A stretch of DNA of 64,000 bases from positions 14,260,001-14,324,000 of the forward strand of contig OX597831.1 of assembly GCA_951406725.2 (NCBI GenBank), in the 5' to 3' direction. The translations under genes were made by a program, and so were the position numbers. Within the stretch, counting starts at the first letter, position 1. Every line of letters begins with the position of its first letter. The DNA comes from Octopus vulgaris (lineage: Eukaryota). Below are positions 27,059 to 40,731 of the stretch, piece after piece. The notes under the pieces are model-generated. The model searched no databases. It was not told the origin of the DNA and saw only the letters and a program-made list of their open reading frames with translations.

Positions 27059-27108
27059 TTGGGGAAATTTCAAACCTGGGTTCTCATTCCTAAGGTATTT
27101 TTCAATGC

Positions 27109-27152
<44 letters not shown>

Positions 27153-27413
27153 TCACTGTCTGGAATCATACTTGGTTCGATTCAAGGCAGTTACCTGAAT
27201 AATAATATAATATACACACACATATCTACGCACACACGCAATATATACGACAGGCTATTTTCAGTTTCTGTCTACAAAATCCACTCACAAGGCTTCAATT
27301 GGCCCGAGGCTATAATAGAAGACACTTGCCAAAGATGCCATGCAGTGGGAATGAACCCGGAACCATGTGATTGGGAAGCAAGCTTCTAATCACACAGCCA
27401 CTCCTGCACCTAT

Positions 27414-27782
27414 ATGATTGATTGATTGATTGATTGATTAATTGATTCTAGTTTCAGCTCATGAGCTGTGGCCATGCTGGGGCACCGCCATTTGGTGTTG
27501 CTACATGGTTTTACTTCACGAATGCTTTTTAGCAACTGCCATTTGGTGCATGAGAGAGTTCGATGCAGCTGCCCTCATCTGCACCTCCTGCCGTGAAGTT
27601 GGTTCATCTGGGACACCCGACAGGAAGAGATCCAGTTTCATTTTAAAGACATCTGCATCCACCCCATGCAGGTCTCTTAGGTTCTTCAGGAGGATATTGA
27701 AGAGCTGTGGGCCTCGGAAGCCCAGGCTATCACAGTATCTTGTCCTACATCTTGATGGCAAATTTGGAGTCCTAGGCACCAC
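27414..27782 (-). mobile_element. 5'-truncated CR1-group LINE 3' end
   Basis: ORF2 C-terminus ..RTRYCDSLGFRGPQLFNILLKNLRDLHGVDADVFKMKLDLFLSGVPDEP..AAASNSL..*, then a short 3'UTR with a stem-loop and a (TCAA)n tail. Confidence 0.8.
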
Positions 27783-28239
27783 ATACATATATATAAATAT
27801 ATATATATATATAGACACACATATATATTTATTTTTATTTGTTAGTGGATAAAATTCCGGCATAACAGGGGTTCAAATTATTCTCAATGAAGAAATATAT
27901 ATTTTCATTTAGAGATAGTTGGCCCCTTTAAAAAATTAAAATATAGTTTATAGTATCAAACTATGATAAAGTGATATAGAGGCCTGATGATTGGGGTTAT
28001 ATTTTAAGAAGGGTTCCAGCAAAACACAGCGTGGTTAAGGAACCAGGAAATGAACCTCAAGTAACACGTGTAGCCAAGTTATAAAGTAGTAAGTATTTAA
28101 ATTAAAATTCTTTTTTATATGGTGAGATGAAGGGGCCTACTATCTCTAAATGAATATATATATATATATGTATATATATATACACACACACACACAAATA
28201 CACACTCACACACACATACATGTATACATACATGCATTC

Positions 28240-28279
<40 letters not shown>

Positions 28280-29358
28280 GGAGAGAGAGAGAGAGACAGA
28301 CAGAGACAGAGAGTGTGAGACAGACAGACAGATAGATTGCTGAACAGACATAAGACAAAATTTTAGAAAACAAAGCGAAAAAAATAAAATATTTTTTTAA
28401 TACCCTATATATACATATATATGAACGGAGAACCATATGGTTGGGAAGCAAGCTTCTTACCCCGCAGCCATTCCACATGTCTGGCATCATTTCGTACGTT
28501 GAACCCTGGCAGAAAGTGGTTAAAGCATCACTTCACTCAAGTGTTTATCCTCCCACTTGACTTAACCACTTTCTCCGATTTACACAATTCATTCTTTGTT
28601 TCAAGAATCTTTTGTCTCTTTTAACTCTTTCTGCTGCTGCTGCTGCTGTTGTTGTTGTTGTTTTTATCATTGTTTTAAATAATTTGGTCAAGAGAGGGGA
28701 CAGCATCTGTGAACTTGTCCAGGGATTGTGAGACACGTAGGTGGCAGGGAAGGAGAAAGGGGTCTTCAAATTGGACGCCTCACCGGATTCCTTGTTACAG
28801 GGTATCACCCACCCCTCCCCATCACCCAGCTTCTGGTACCTAAGGTACCAAATAATGGTTTTTAAGCAGGCTGGCAGACTATTTACCACCCACAGAAACA
28901 CACACACACACACACACATGCGCATCCCACCAGCAGGGTACATGGATGTTAAAAGATGATGATGCTGATGATGATGATGGCTTATATGTGTTAGAAATAT
29001 GATGTGACTGTGTGGTAAAGAAGCTTTTCTTCTCAACCACATCGTTCAGGGTTCAGTCCCACTGCATGGCACCTTGGGCAAAGTGTCTTCTACTCTAGTC
29101 TTGGGCCAACCAAAGTCTTGTCAGTGGATTTTGTAGACGGAAACTGAAAGAAGCCTGTTGTTTGTATATAATCATCATCATCATCATCATCATCATTGTC
29201 TAATGTCTGTTTTTCATGCTGGCATGGGTTGTATGGTTTGACTGAGGTCTGGAGAGCCAGCGGCTGTTCCTGGCTCCAATTTGATCTGGCAAGTTTTTTA
29301 CAGCTGGATGTCCTTCCTAATGCCAAACACTCCAAGAGTGTTATATATCAAATAATAA

Positions 29359-29405
<47 letters not shown>

Positions 29406-29762
29406 TATATATATTAAATAATAAATAATATATAAGATATATATATATTAAATAATAAATGATATATATATATATATATATGAAACCCAAACCCACTGTC
29501 ATTTTTCTTTTTAATGATTTTGTCACACATTCAAAGCTGCAATAATCTCTGATTAACAAGGTATTTCCAATGATTTTGGTAAACATGGCTTTCTAAATTA
29601 ACTGTATATCCTAATTATGTAATTATTGAAATAATGATGTTTGCTGCTAATAAAACAGTTGTTGAGTGCAATTAAATTATGAAATAAGTGAAATTTATGC
29701 TTTCCCACTTATTATTCGAAGTACACACACACACACACACAGATACACTCACACACACACAA

Positions 29763-29805
<43 letters not shown>

Positions 29806-31030
29806 CACACACAAATTGACGGTGTTCAAAACAGTTTGCACGAAATGGTAACTAGTCTGTGATGGGATTTGATCTCGGAATACAAAGACCACGAACAAAT
29901 ACCACAAGGCATTTCACTCATTCTTACAATTCTGCCGATTCACTGCTCTAAGACAGGACTGTACTTAAGCAATGGTATGTGTGTGTGTGTGGGGGGGACA
30001 GACACACACATGAATATGTATACATATATATACACGACAAGCTTCTTTCAGTTTCCATCTTCCAAATCTGACAAAGCTTTGGTCAGCCCAAGGCTAGAGT
30101 AGAAAACACTTGCTCAAGGTGCCGCACAGTGAGACTGAACCCAGAACCATGTGGTTGGGAAGCAAGCTTCTTTACCACACGGTCAAAGTTAGCTTCATTT
30201 GGATTTGATCTCAAAATCCTGAAGATCAGAGCAAATACATCTGATGGTCTACCAACTGCACCAATTTATAAGGTTGGTGTTGTTGCTGGCAGAAGCAGTG
30301 GTGGGGTGACATTGTTTAGCGTCAGTTCAGCCCCCATTGGACAGACATTCAGTCTAAGGCAGTCCAGTCATGACCATCCCATTTGTTTGGAAGTATCTCT
30401 TATATTTTATCTTTTGTTTCAGTCATTGATCTGTGGCCAAGCTGGGGCACCACATTACAGAATTTTTTGTTGAATCTATCGAACTCAGCACTTAATGTTA
30501 AAAGCATGGTACTTATTCTATTGGTCTCTCTTGCTGAACTGCTAAGTTACAGTGACATAAACACACAAGCACCAATTGTCAAGTGGTGATGGGGATCAAA
30601 CACACACACACACACATATATACCACAAGCTTTCCTTTTCCCTCTATCAAATCCACTCACAAAGCTTTGGTCAGCCCAGGGCTATAGTAGAAGTGATTTG
30701 TGCAAGGTGCCATGCAATGGGATTGAACTTAGAACTATATGGTTGGGAAGCAAACTTCTAACCACACAGCCACACCTGCACCTATATCTACCTAAGATAT
30801 TTTCCTGTTTAATCCTTCAATATTCAGATTACTTCATCATCTTACCTATTCACTTAGTTCTGGATTAACGAATTAACCATACATTATCTTGTAACTTCAA
30901 GATTTCAAAGACGTCATCGTTAAGTTTTAGAATAGCAATGACAGTAGTTATGATAGACCGGATCTGGTCAGTTTTAGCATGAAACAGCTGGGATATTCTG
31001 GCTGGATGTGGCCTGTTTAACCCTTTAGCA

Positions 31031-31594
31031 CAGGAATTCTCAGCCAGTTTTTGTTATTCATGGACCCCTTTCATTATTGTTTTATTCTGGTGGACCCCTA
31101 TAACCTTTGATGTTTAAAAGCTACCAAGAAATATCCGTAGCCACTTTAAAATCGATGTTCCAGTTACACAGACTGTTAAAAAATCGCAGTAAATTCTGTT
31201 CTAACAGAATTGCCATTTTGAAGTGGCCAAGAACATTACTTGCTTCTGCGCATACAACGTTCCTCTCTTAGAGAGATTTTAAAACCAGCATTTTTGCTTG
31301 TTTAGAAACAAGTTTTATTGAAACGTTTTTCAAAATTTCTATTTTGTTTTCCACTCATTAACTTTTGTGGGTTGAACTTATACCCTTTACTATTTTACTT
31401 GCTTCAGTCATTTGACTGCGGCCATGCTGGAGCACTGCCTTTAGTCAAGCAAATCGACCCCAGGACTTATTCTTTGTAAACCTAGTACTTATTCTATCGG
31501 TCTCTTTTGCTGAACTGCTAAGTTATGGGGACGTAAACACACCAGCATCGATTGTCAAGCGATGTTGGGGCGACAAACACAGACACACACACAT

Positions 31595-31625
<31 letters not shown>

Positions 31626-31994
31626 CGACAGGCTTCTTTCAGTTTCCATCAACCAAATCCACTCACAAGGCTTTTGTCAGCCTGAAGCTATAGTAGAAGA
31701 CACTTGCTCAAGGTGCCACGCAGTGGGACTGAACCCAGAACCATGTTGTTGGTAAGCAAGCTACTTACCACATAGCCACTCCTACGCTTATGTAAAATAT
31801 TAGACAAAGAAATCTAGATGTTTCTTGCAATACATACCAATACATACATCTAAAGCAAAATTTTTCAGGGGCCCTTAAAATACTAGTGTGGATCTTTAAT
31901 TTACTATTCTGTTACATTACCCCCACCACCACCACCACCACCATAACTTATATGAAACCTTGGGAGCTAAATGGACCCTGGTTAAGAATCGCTG
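31031..31994. mobile_element. hAT-type MITE with 8-bp TSD, interrupted by a SINE
   Basis: TIRs CAGGAATTCTCAGCC and GGTTAAGAATCGCTG. Perfect TSD CTTTAGCA at 31023-31030 and 31995-32002. Confidence 0.82.
31385..31790 (-). mobile_element. SINE family A nested in the hAT MITE
   Basis: Reverse-complement full-length copy. Confidence 0.88.
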
Positions 31995-32073
31995 CTTTAG
32001 CATTTAAATTACTCTGTCAAATATAAGGCTTATTTATTCGCTATCTCAAAGCTATGGGATTTCAGTGATGTGA

Positions 32074-32686
32074 AGAACTGTTGAAATCAAACTGGGGCCA
32101 ATGAGCCGGCAAGTAAAGTGAGAGTAAAGTGCAAGAGTAAAGAGCAAGTAAAGTGAGATCACAGCCGTGGCCGATACCCTTGAATTGTCGGGTGATACGC
32201 TGTGCTTGAGAAGACCCATTGAGTTAAGTTAAATTGAAATGGAAATCGTAGTTGTGGTCGATGCCAGTGCCATCTGACTGGCACCCGTGCTTGTGGCACA
32301 TAATAAGCACCATTCAAGTGTGGCTTGATGCCAGTGCCCCTCGACTGGCTCCTGTGCCTGTAGCATGTAAAAAGCACCGGCCAAACGTGGTCGATGCCAA
32401 TGTCCCACACCCCAACTGGCCCCTGTGCTGGTGGCACGGGAAAAGCACTGACTGAACGCAGTCAATGTCAGTGCCCCCCATCAATTGGCTTCTCTGCCTG
32501 TGGCACGTAAAAAGCACCCACTACACTCTCGGAATGGTTGGCATTAGGAAAGACATCCAGCTGTAGAAACGATTCCAGATCAGATTGGAACCCAGTGCTG
32601 CCTCCTGGCTTGCCACTCCTCAGTCAAACTGTCCAACCCATGCCAGCATGGAAAGCGGATGTTAAAGGATGATGATGATGATGGTG
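32074..32686 (+). mobile_element. RTE-family 3'UTR copy with four ~67-bp tandem hairpin units
   Basis: Units start at 32260, 32327, 32393 and 32464, followed by the conserved tail and (GAT)n. Other copies lie at about 2140-2315, 29170-29340(-), 34255-34510(-), 37440-37830(-), 38825-39010(-), 45430-45690(-), 47490-48047, 51705-52330 and 55345-55668. Confidence 0.75.
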
Positions 32687-34215
32687 GTGATTGTTTACTT
32701 TTAGAATGACATTGTAGGGTAGGTGTGAGAGGTAGATCTGGTCAGTGCAAATCTAAAGCAAGTGGAACATTAGGGTCAGTAAGGTCCATTTAAATACTGA
32801 AGGTTAGAACATAATTTGAGGGTGATTTGACCTCTCTTTCCAGCAGGTCAAATGACCACATGGAAGCACTCTCACTGGCTTTTGTTCTACTCGTAATGTT
32901 GTTGTTGTTGTTGTTGGTCTTGCTTTTCTTGTTGTTGTTCTTGATTCTACTTTAATTCTAAACTTTGCTGTTGTTGTTGTTGTTCCTCTTGTTTCCTTTC
33001 GCTATTGTTTCGTGGTTAAATACTGAGATGTTGCGGCGTGGGTCTCAGCCGTTTTCTCTCTTCCACTTTATCTACTTCCCTTAACACTCGATCGCGTCCG
33101 CCTATCTGACCTCTACCATCTTTGAACGACTTTACAAGAGGTTTTCAGCTCATTGAAACACTATGAAGCACTTAGCTGTGCATATATCCTTCCTCTTCTT
33201 CCTTTTGTCTTTTGACAGTCACGTAGCGTTTGAGGTAGATTTCACTACTATTTCTAGCACCACGCATGACCACATTGAGATCCACTCATTGTCTCTCTCT
33301 CTCATAACTGTATCTGAGTAAACAAACTGTATTACGATCAATATTAGAACATCGTTAATTATAGATCGTTCTGTTAATCCGCTAAATCAGAACCGAACCA
33401 AATCTTAGATGACAATGTATTTAAAGAACTCTTGAACATTATGCAAATGAATTCTGTATACCAGTCTCTCTCATTAACATATTGGTAAGTCAATATTCTT
33501 CATTTGTTGATTGATTCTACTGTTTATTTAATTGGCATCGTTTGTACTTAAATGAATATAAACCAAAACTAGAAATGTCAGATGTCTTTTACTTAGTTTA
33601 TTAACCGTATTTAAACCAGTCAGATGTTTTTTTTAACCGTATTTAAACCATCCAAATCTGGCTCAAATATTCTACGTTTTGCATTCAAACTGGCCCTATT
33701 GACCCTCACACACCTAACCTACACTAACATTCCAAAAATATGCAATCATATCATCAAAACTTCTAAACTATAACAGAGCGAATGATTAATTCAACTCAAT
33801 TGAAATCAAAAAGTATTACATTTAATGGAATAATCTAAACATTTAAAAGATTATTCCAGTGTTTACCAAAGTTTTCTCAATCGAATATCACCATTTGATG
33901 ATCGGCTGAATCTGCCAGCATCCGTTTCTTAAATCTGTTGTGGTGATACTGAGAGGCAGGTATAGGTTAGTTTCAATTATTTACTTTTTCTAGCCCAACC
34001 TTCGCATCCCTGAAGTGAATTTTAGCACATCAGACTGGGAGACACTGTTCAGAGGTAAAGTTTGAAAATCTGAAGAATAGATGGAGATTACGTACGTTTG
34101 GAAAAGATAAGTCAGTGAGAGGTTAGATGGAAACTAAAAGAAGCCCATCGTAATGTGTGTGTGTGTATAAGAAGCTTGTCCTGTATATGCATATATTTAT
34201 ATCTAAAGCTCATTC

Positions 34216-34246
<31 letters not shown>

Positions 34247-34907
34247 CATCATCACCCTCATCATCATCATCGTTTAACATCCGTTTTCTGTGCTCGCACA
34301 GGTCGGACGGTTCGACCAGTGTCTGGGAAGCCAGGAGGCTGCACCAGGCTCCAGTCTGATCTGGTAGTGTTTCTACAGCTGGATGCCCTTCGTAACACCA
34401 ACCATTCCGTGAATGTAGTGTGTGCATTTTACATGCCACCGGCACAGGTGCCAGGGGAGGCTGGCAGAGGCCACGATCGGTTGGTGGTTTTTTTACGTGC
34501 CACCAGCACATATATATACATATATACAAAGTGGTTCTTTCAATTTTTGTCTACCAGATCCACTCATAGGTCTTTGGTCAGACCAGGGCTATAGTAGAAG
34601 TCACTTACCTAAAGTGCCACACAGTGGAATTGAACCTGAAAGTATGTGGATGGGAAACAAGCTTCTTACCACACAGCCACATCTGCACCTATAAGCATTT
34701 ACATACATTTATATATAACAATATATATATATATATATATATACACACGTGTGCTTATGTGAACACTCTGGACTTTCTTACCCCTTTACTTTTACCCCCT
34801 TACTTTACTTAGCGGTCATTCAAATAGCTCTTTTGTCTTAATAACGGTCAATCACACAGTAATTTCCCTTTGTTTAACGGTCATTTTTCATAGCATTTTT
34901 TCCGATG

Positions 34908-34977
34908 GCCAAATAACTGAAGAGATGGCAGCATGGATTTCCACCTCGGCATCCGAAACTCGGAGTTTTCTCATGGC
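34908..34977 (+). ncRNA. Type I hammerhead ribozyme motif (same family as 14088)
   Basis: gccaaataa-CTGAAGA-GATGgc...gCATCc-GAAACTCGGAGTT-ttctcatggc. Stem I is partly mutated. Confidence 0.65.
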
Positions 34978-35074
34978 TACCAAATAATTGTCACATATTA
35001 CAGTTTCAGATAAATTCCTCTATTTACATAATATCGAGGTCTCTTTCTTTCTTTTGTTGTCTTACCATTTTTAT

Positions 35075-35115
<41 letters not shown>

Positions 35116-35116
<1 letters not shown>

Positions 35117-35980
35117 TGGGTATGATGGGTAAATTGTTGCCATTTTATATTTCTTATTTCCTGCATACACATTGTTTGTTTTGTTTTTGATTTTGTTGAC
35201 TACATAGTACAGTAGGGTCAGTTGGGCACTGCCTATACGAAAAACAGTACCATGACACAATTCACTCTGCCAGAAATTTGGAAATGACCATGCTGTATTG
35301 CTTGGCTTTCATGCCTAAAGCTCCAACACGAGCATTTCAGAGTGTTTGGGTGTCAATCTGAGCACACATGCCAAGAGTGATAGAAATCTAAAATCCAGTT
35401 TAGAGTGATCCCTAGTGATGGTGACTTTATGCCTCCATTCATCTTCCCACAAGGCCTCTGACTCAACACGGCGGCCTGGATCAAGTGCCTGGATGAGGTA
35501 GTGCTGCCCTGGGTCAAGAGGGTGGCTGCTGGAACACCCTGTGTCTGGCAACAGGACTCTGCACCATGCCACACAAGAAGGAGAACCCAGTCATGGCTGT
35601 CAGACAATTTCTGTAACCACATCACCCCTAACATCTGGCCACCTAACTCCCCAGACTGCAACCCCCTTGATTATTATGTGTGGGAAGCAGTTGAGTGAGA
35701 GACCAGCAAAACTCTTTGTAATACCAAAGATAAACTGAAGGCAAGGATTATGGCAGCATTTACCAACTTAAACAAGAAGACCATCCAGAAGAGTTGCAGG
35801 AGATTCCAAAGTCGTCTGGAGACCATGGTTGAAGCCAATGGCGATTTTATTGAATAAAATTACTCTTTAGTATTTCAAGCTATTTTTATGTAAATTTGGT
35901 AAATTTATCTGTTAAAATGAGATGTTAGTGTTATTTTCATTTTAGCGTAATTTAGACGACTGTTTATTCACCACACCCTG
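35116..35980 (+). mobile_element. Internally deleted DD37D (maT-like) transposon with both ends
   Basis: 5' end TA-CTGGGTATGATGGGTAAATTG (diverged TIR) and 3' end TTTATTCACCACACCCTG-TA. Contains an N-terminal relic MTQFTLPEIWK.. and catalytic WQQDSAPCH..WPPNSPDCNPLDY. Same family as 4770. Confidence 0.88.
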
Positions 35981-35984
35981 TACA

Positions 35985-36020
<36 letters not shown>

Positions 36021-36487
36021 TGTATGTATGTATGTATGTATGTATGTATGTATGTATGTATGTATGTATGTGTGTATGTATGTATGTGTGTATGTATGTA
36101 TTTGTGTGTGTGTGTGTGTGTGTGTGTGATTGTATGAATGTATGTATGTATGTATGTATTTGTGTGTGTGTGTGTGTGTGATCGTATGAATGTATGTATG
36201 TATGAGAGAGATGGGTGAAGATTCTGTGTTTACATGTGTGTATGAATATACTCGTTGGATGAATGTTTGTATGTATGTAATATATATGTGTGCACATATT
36301 TTTCTCTATCGATATATAGACTAAGATGCGTATTGAACTGTAAATGTCTGCTGTTTCTTCTGCTATCAACAAACATCTACAGTTATGGACCAGGTGTCGC
36401 TAATGATAATAAAAGTATTGTTTGTTGCAAGGGTGACAGATGCGAGGAGAATGGAAGATTAAATTTTGGGCGTTTTCCACAGAGTTA

Positions 36488-36815
36488 TGGGTCAGTGCTT
36501 AAGAGTGTCAGACTCACAATCATGAGGTAGTGAGTTCAATTCCCAGACCGGACTGCGTGTTGTGCTCTTGAGCAAGACACTTTATTTCACATTGCTCCAG
36601 TTCTCTCAGTTGCAGAAATGAGTCACGACATCACTGGTGCCAAGCTGTGTCAGCCCCTTTTGCCTTTCCTTTGGATAATATTGGTGGCATGGAGAAGGGA
36701 GGCCAGTATGCATGGGTGACTGCTGTCTCTTCCATAAACAACCTTGACCAGACTTTTGCCTTGGAGGGGAACTTTATAGGTGTAATCCCATGGTCATTCA
36801 TGTCTGAAAGGGGTC
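36488..36815 (+). mobile_element. tRNA-derived SINE family D
   Basis: Head with GAGTTCAATTCCC, then ttgagcaagacacttt. The body matches 70-232 in reverse orientation. Confidence 0.7.
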
Positions 36816-37132
36816 TAAGGTACAAAAAAAAAAGTGTATAACTATTGTAGGTATCCTGCTATTAATACCAAAACGGATATGGGTGGGAGAACAGCGAAAC
36901 AGGATCAATCAAAGGGCTCTACTGATTCAGGAAAATGCCTAGTGCCCTCTCACTGCTGGTTTTCTCAGGCCTGCAGGGATTTCCTGAGATTAGGCCTCTT
37001 TTAATGCATCATTCTTGTAATTCTCATCCACTTCATCTGTTTTCCTTGCTTGCATGGAAAGAATTTGCTATGGCGAATTCTTCTAAGACCAGATGTCCCT
37101 TCCTGTTGCCAACCGTTACCTATCTTTCAAGC

Positions 37133-37428
37133 ATGCCTCCATTCATCTTCCCACTCGGCCTGACTCAACACAGAGGCCTACATCAAGTGCTAGGAGGATG
37201 TAGTGGTGCCCTGAGTCAAGAGGGAGGCTACTGGAAGATCCTGTGTCTGACAACAGGCAGAGGAACCCAGTCGTGGCTGTCAGACAATTTCTTTGACCAC
37301 ATCACCCCTAACATTTGGGGACCTAACTCCCCAGACTGCATCCCCTTTGATTATAATGTCTGGAGCGCAGTTGAGCGAGAGTCTAACAAAACTCTTTGTA
37401 ACACCAAAGATGAAATGAAGGCATTTGC
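37133..37428 (+). mobile_element. DD37D transposase fragment (third copy)
   Basis: MPPFIFP...TQSWLSDNFFDHITPNIWGPNSPDCIPFDYNVW inside ORF 36935-37555. Confidence 0.85.
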
Positions 37429-40344
37429 CATCTTATATATATCATCATCATCATCATCATCATCATCGTTTAACATCTGCTTTCCATGTTGGCATAAACT
37501 GGAGGGTTTGACTGAGGACTGGCAAGCCAGAAGGCTGCACCAGGCTCCAATCTGATCTGGCAAGACTTCTACAACTGGATGCCCTTCTTAACACCAGCCA
37601 CTCCGAGAGTGTAGTGGGTGCTTTTTATGTGCACAGGTGCCAGTCAGGTGGCACTGGCATCAGCCACGACTACAATTTCACTTGACTCAACAGGTCTTCT
37701 CAAGCACAGCATATTGCCCGACGATTGAAGCGTACTTCTGAACAGGCCATTTATGTGACATTGGCATCAGCCATGGCTACGATCTCACTTGGCTCGCTGG
37801 GTCTTCTCAAGGACAGCATATCTCCAAATGTATATATGTATATATATGTGTGTATGTGTGTGTATGTATGTGTTGGTTTGTATTTATGCACAAGTTTGTT
37901 TTGTGGAGAGTGGGAGTGACTTGTGGTTGATGTGGAATGACATGTGGGTCTCTCGCAGGCCTTAGGACCCATATGAGACATCTTCAATGGTGAGGCAACC
38001 CGATTTGAAATCTTTCTTACTTAGAATGAAATGGAGTCTCGGTAGTGGTCCTTACTCAGAGATGAACCAACTACCACCATGTTTGTGTTTCATGTATCAT
38101 TCTCATCACCACCACCACCACCACCATCATCATCATTGTTATTATTACTAAAATCATCACCACTGCCACCACCACTACCATAGCCATCATTATCACCGCC
38201 ACCATCGCCAGCAGTAATTGTATATTCATTACTCCATACTCTCCTTACATAATTACTTAATTATGTAATTAAACATGGTTAAACATATCTCTTGATCCTT
38301 CATGTTCCATATATTTGTTTTGGCTTCTGTTTTTTCTTTTATTTTTTGTTTTATTTCCAAAATTTTGCTGTTGCTTACACTCACCCCCACCCCACCCCAC
38401 CCCACCCGACCCCAGTTGTTGCAGTTTAAATTCTTTCCTTCCTTTCCCTCCTCTTTGTCGTCTTTCTCATCCTCTTCTTCCTTTCCATCATTATCAGTGA
38501 TCACCATCATCATCATCAGCTTCATCATTGACATTCTCATCATTCCCCTCTTCTTCATCGCCATCAGCCTCACCAATCAAAGACTGGGGGTTGATTTAAT
38601 CAACTAACCCCTGTCCCTTAAATCTGAAGCCTTGTGTTTATAACAGAAACAATTGTTATTATATTATTATTGTTGTTGTTGTTGTTAATGTTTTGCCATT
38701 ATTGTTGTTGTTGGGCTCCACACCAGTTCCTACTGAGCAGACCTATAATTCCTCAAAGTAGCAAATCTACCCGTGTCTACGATGGAGGCATAAAGTGAGG
38801 GAGGGAAGTCATAGCAGTAGTATCATCATCATCATCGTTTAATGTCCGCTTTCCATGCTAGCATGGGTTGGACGATTTGACTGAGGACTGGCGAACCAAA
38901 TGGCTGCACCAGGCTCCAATCTGATCTGGCAATGTTTCTACAGCTGGATGCCTTTCCTAACGCCAACCACTCTGAGATTGTAGTGGGTTCTTTTTACGTG
39001 CCACCAGCATGTATTGAGGAATGTGTAAATGGACTTAATAGATTGCTGGCTGATGCCTTAGATAAATTGCATTATTGTTGGTGATACAGCATTCTATTGC
39101 AGCTATATGACATGTGTTTGCGACTAAGTGACACGTGATGACAATTCACTCCCGCACCTGAATTAGGCTCCCAGCCTCTGTATCATGAATGGTTATGTGG
39201 ACCACTGCTGATGAAAGCCAGGGCTTCCTTCGACCACAACATAAAAAAGTATTATGACAAAAAATGCTGTTTAGATATATTTTTATTTTAGCTGTTTACT
39301 CTATTTTACGCTTGTTTATTCTCTTATACATTCAAAGTTCTGAAAATTCCTTATTTAAATTATGAATCCTATTCCTTTCGATAATATCAATATGATTACA
39401 AAACTTCTTTGTAGACAATATTTTCTGTTTGGTCGACACTAATTTTCAAATTACTGGAGTCCGTTGCTCTACTCATGGCCGCGTATATCTGGCCTTGTGC
39501 AAACATCGGAGTGGGTAAAAATACACCTACCCAATCTAAAGTCTGGCCTTGTGCTGCTTTGTTTGCTGTGAATGTGATGGGAGATTATGGTCATGACAAT
39601 GTTGATGATGATGATATATCAACAAAACAAAAAAAAACAACACAAACCCAAAAGCATATCCAGATTTTTAAAAAAATGCAAACCAAATATAAAAAAACCC
39701 ACCGTTTTCTTGTTGGTTTTCTCTGTTTTGTTTCTTTTGTCCATTTTTGCTGTTGTTGTTGTTGTTGTTACTGTTCTCCATTACATAATTCAATATTATT
39801 TCACTTGTTGGCTTTTTTCATTAATCAAAACCATTGTTATTCTTGTTCCTGTTGTTACCCCCTCCCCCCTGTAGCCATTCTTGCAAAAGTTGATGCTTGT
39901 TATTATTGTTGATGCTGTTGTTAAACATCATCACCATCATCATCACAACCTTTACCATCATCATCATCATCATCATCATCACAAACATCATTATCATTAT
40001 TATTATTATTATTGTTGTTATTGTTGTTATTAGTTTTTGGTAATCGGGACTCCATTTTGCCCAATCTATTAATCCTGTTCATCCATCCATGTCAACCGAT
40101 TCCGAAATAAATCAGTCATGGAGATATTTTGATAGCTTTTCTACATTTTAATTTTTTTCCCCCTTTTTTTCCCATTCATCTTTGGTTCTTAAACCCCAGT
40201 CCTCACTCAGTGCCCTGGCCCCTATACCTCTATAGCCCCTCCTCTAGGTTCATCTTGCCTCTCCTCCCCCCCATTAAGTATTTATTTTAACAAGGCTTGT
40301 TGCTTGTTTAATACCATATCACAGTTGTGTGCTGGAAGTTTGGG

Positions 40345-40380
<36 letters not shown>

Positions 40381-40416
40381 ATAGAGGAAGGAACATAGAT
40401 CGCAATTTTGTAAGAA

Positions 40417-40511
<95 letters not shown>

Positions 40512-40573
40512 GTTTAAATATTTGTTGTGCAAGCTAAATTGGCTAAACTGGCAATATGACCATTCCGAAATAT

Positions 40574-40621
<48 letters not shown>

Positions 40622-40664
40622 ATATATATGTGTATATATATGTATATATCTATATACATATGTG

Positions 40665-40731
<67 letters not shown>

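Larger units (their letters stand above)
31021..32804 (+). mobile_element. TTAA-flanked (piggyBac-like) MITE split by nested insertions
   Basis: Begins TTAA-CCCTTTAGCA, resumes at 31995-32073 and 32687-32804, and ends TACTGAAGG-TTAG. Related copies lie at about 30810-31020, 33600-33850 (-) and 15275-15380. Confidence 0.65.

Noticed and set aside
39200-39240. CTGATGA followed by an AGCC/GGCT hairpin
   Set aside because: No GAAA and no stem I or III after the hairpin, so it is not a hammerhead.
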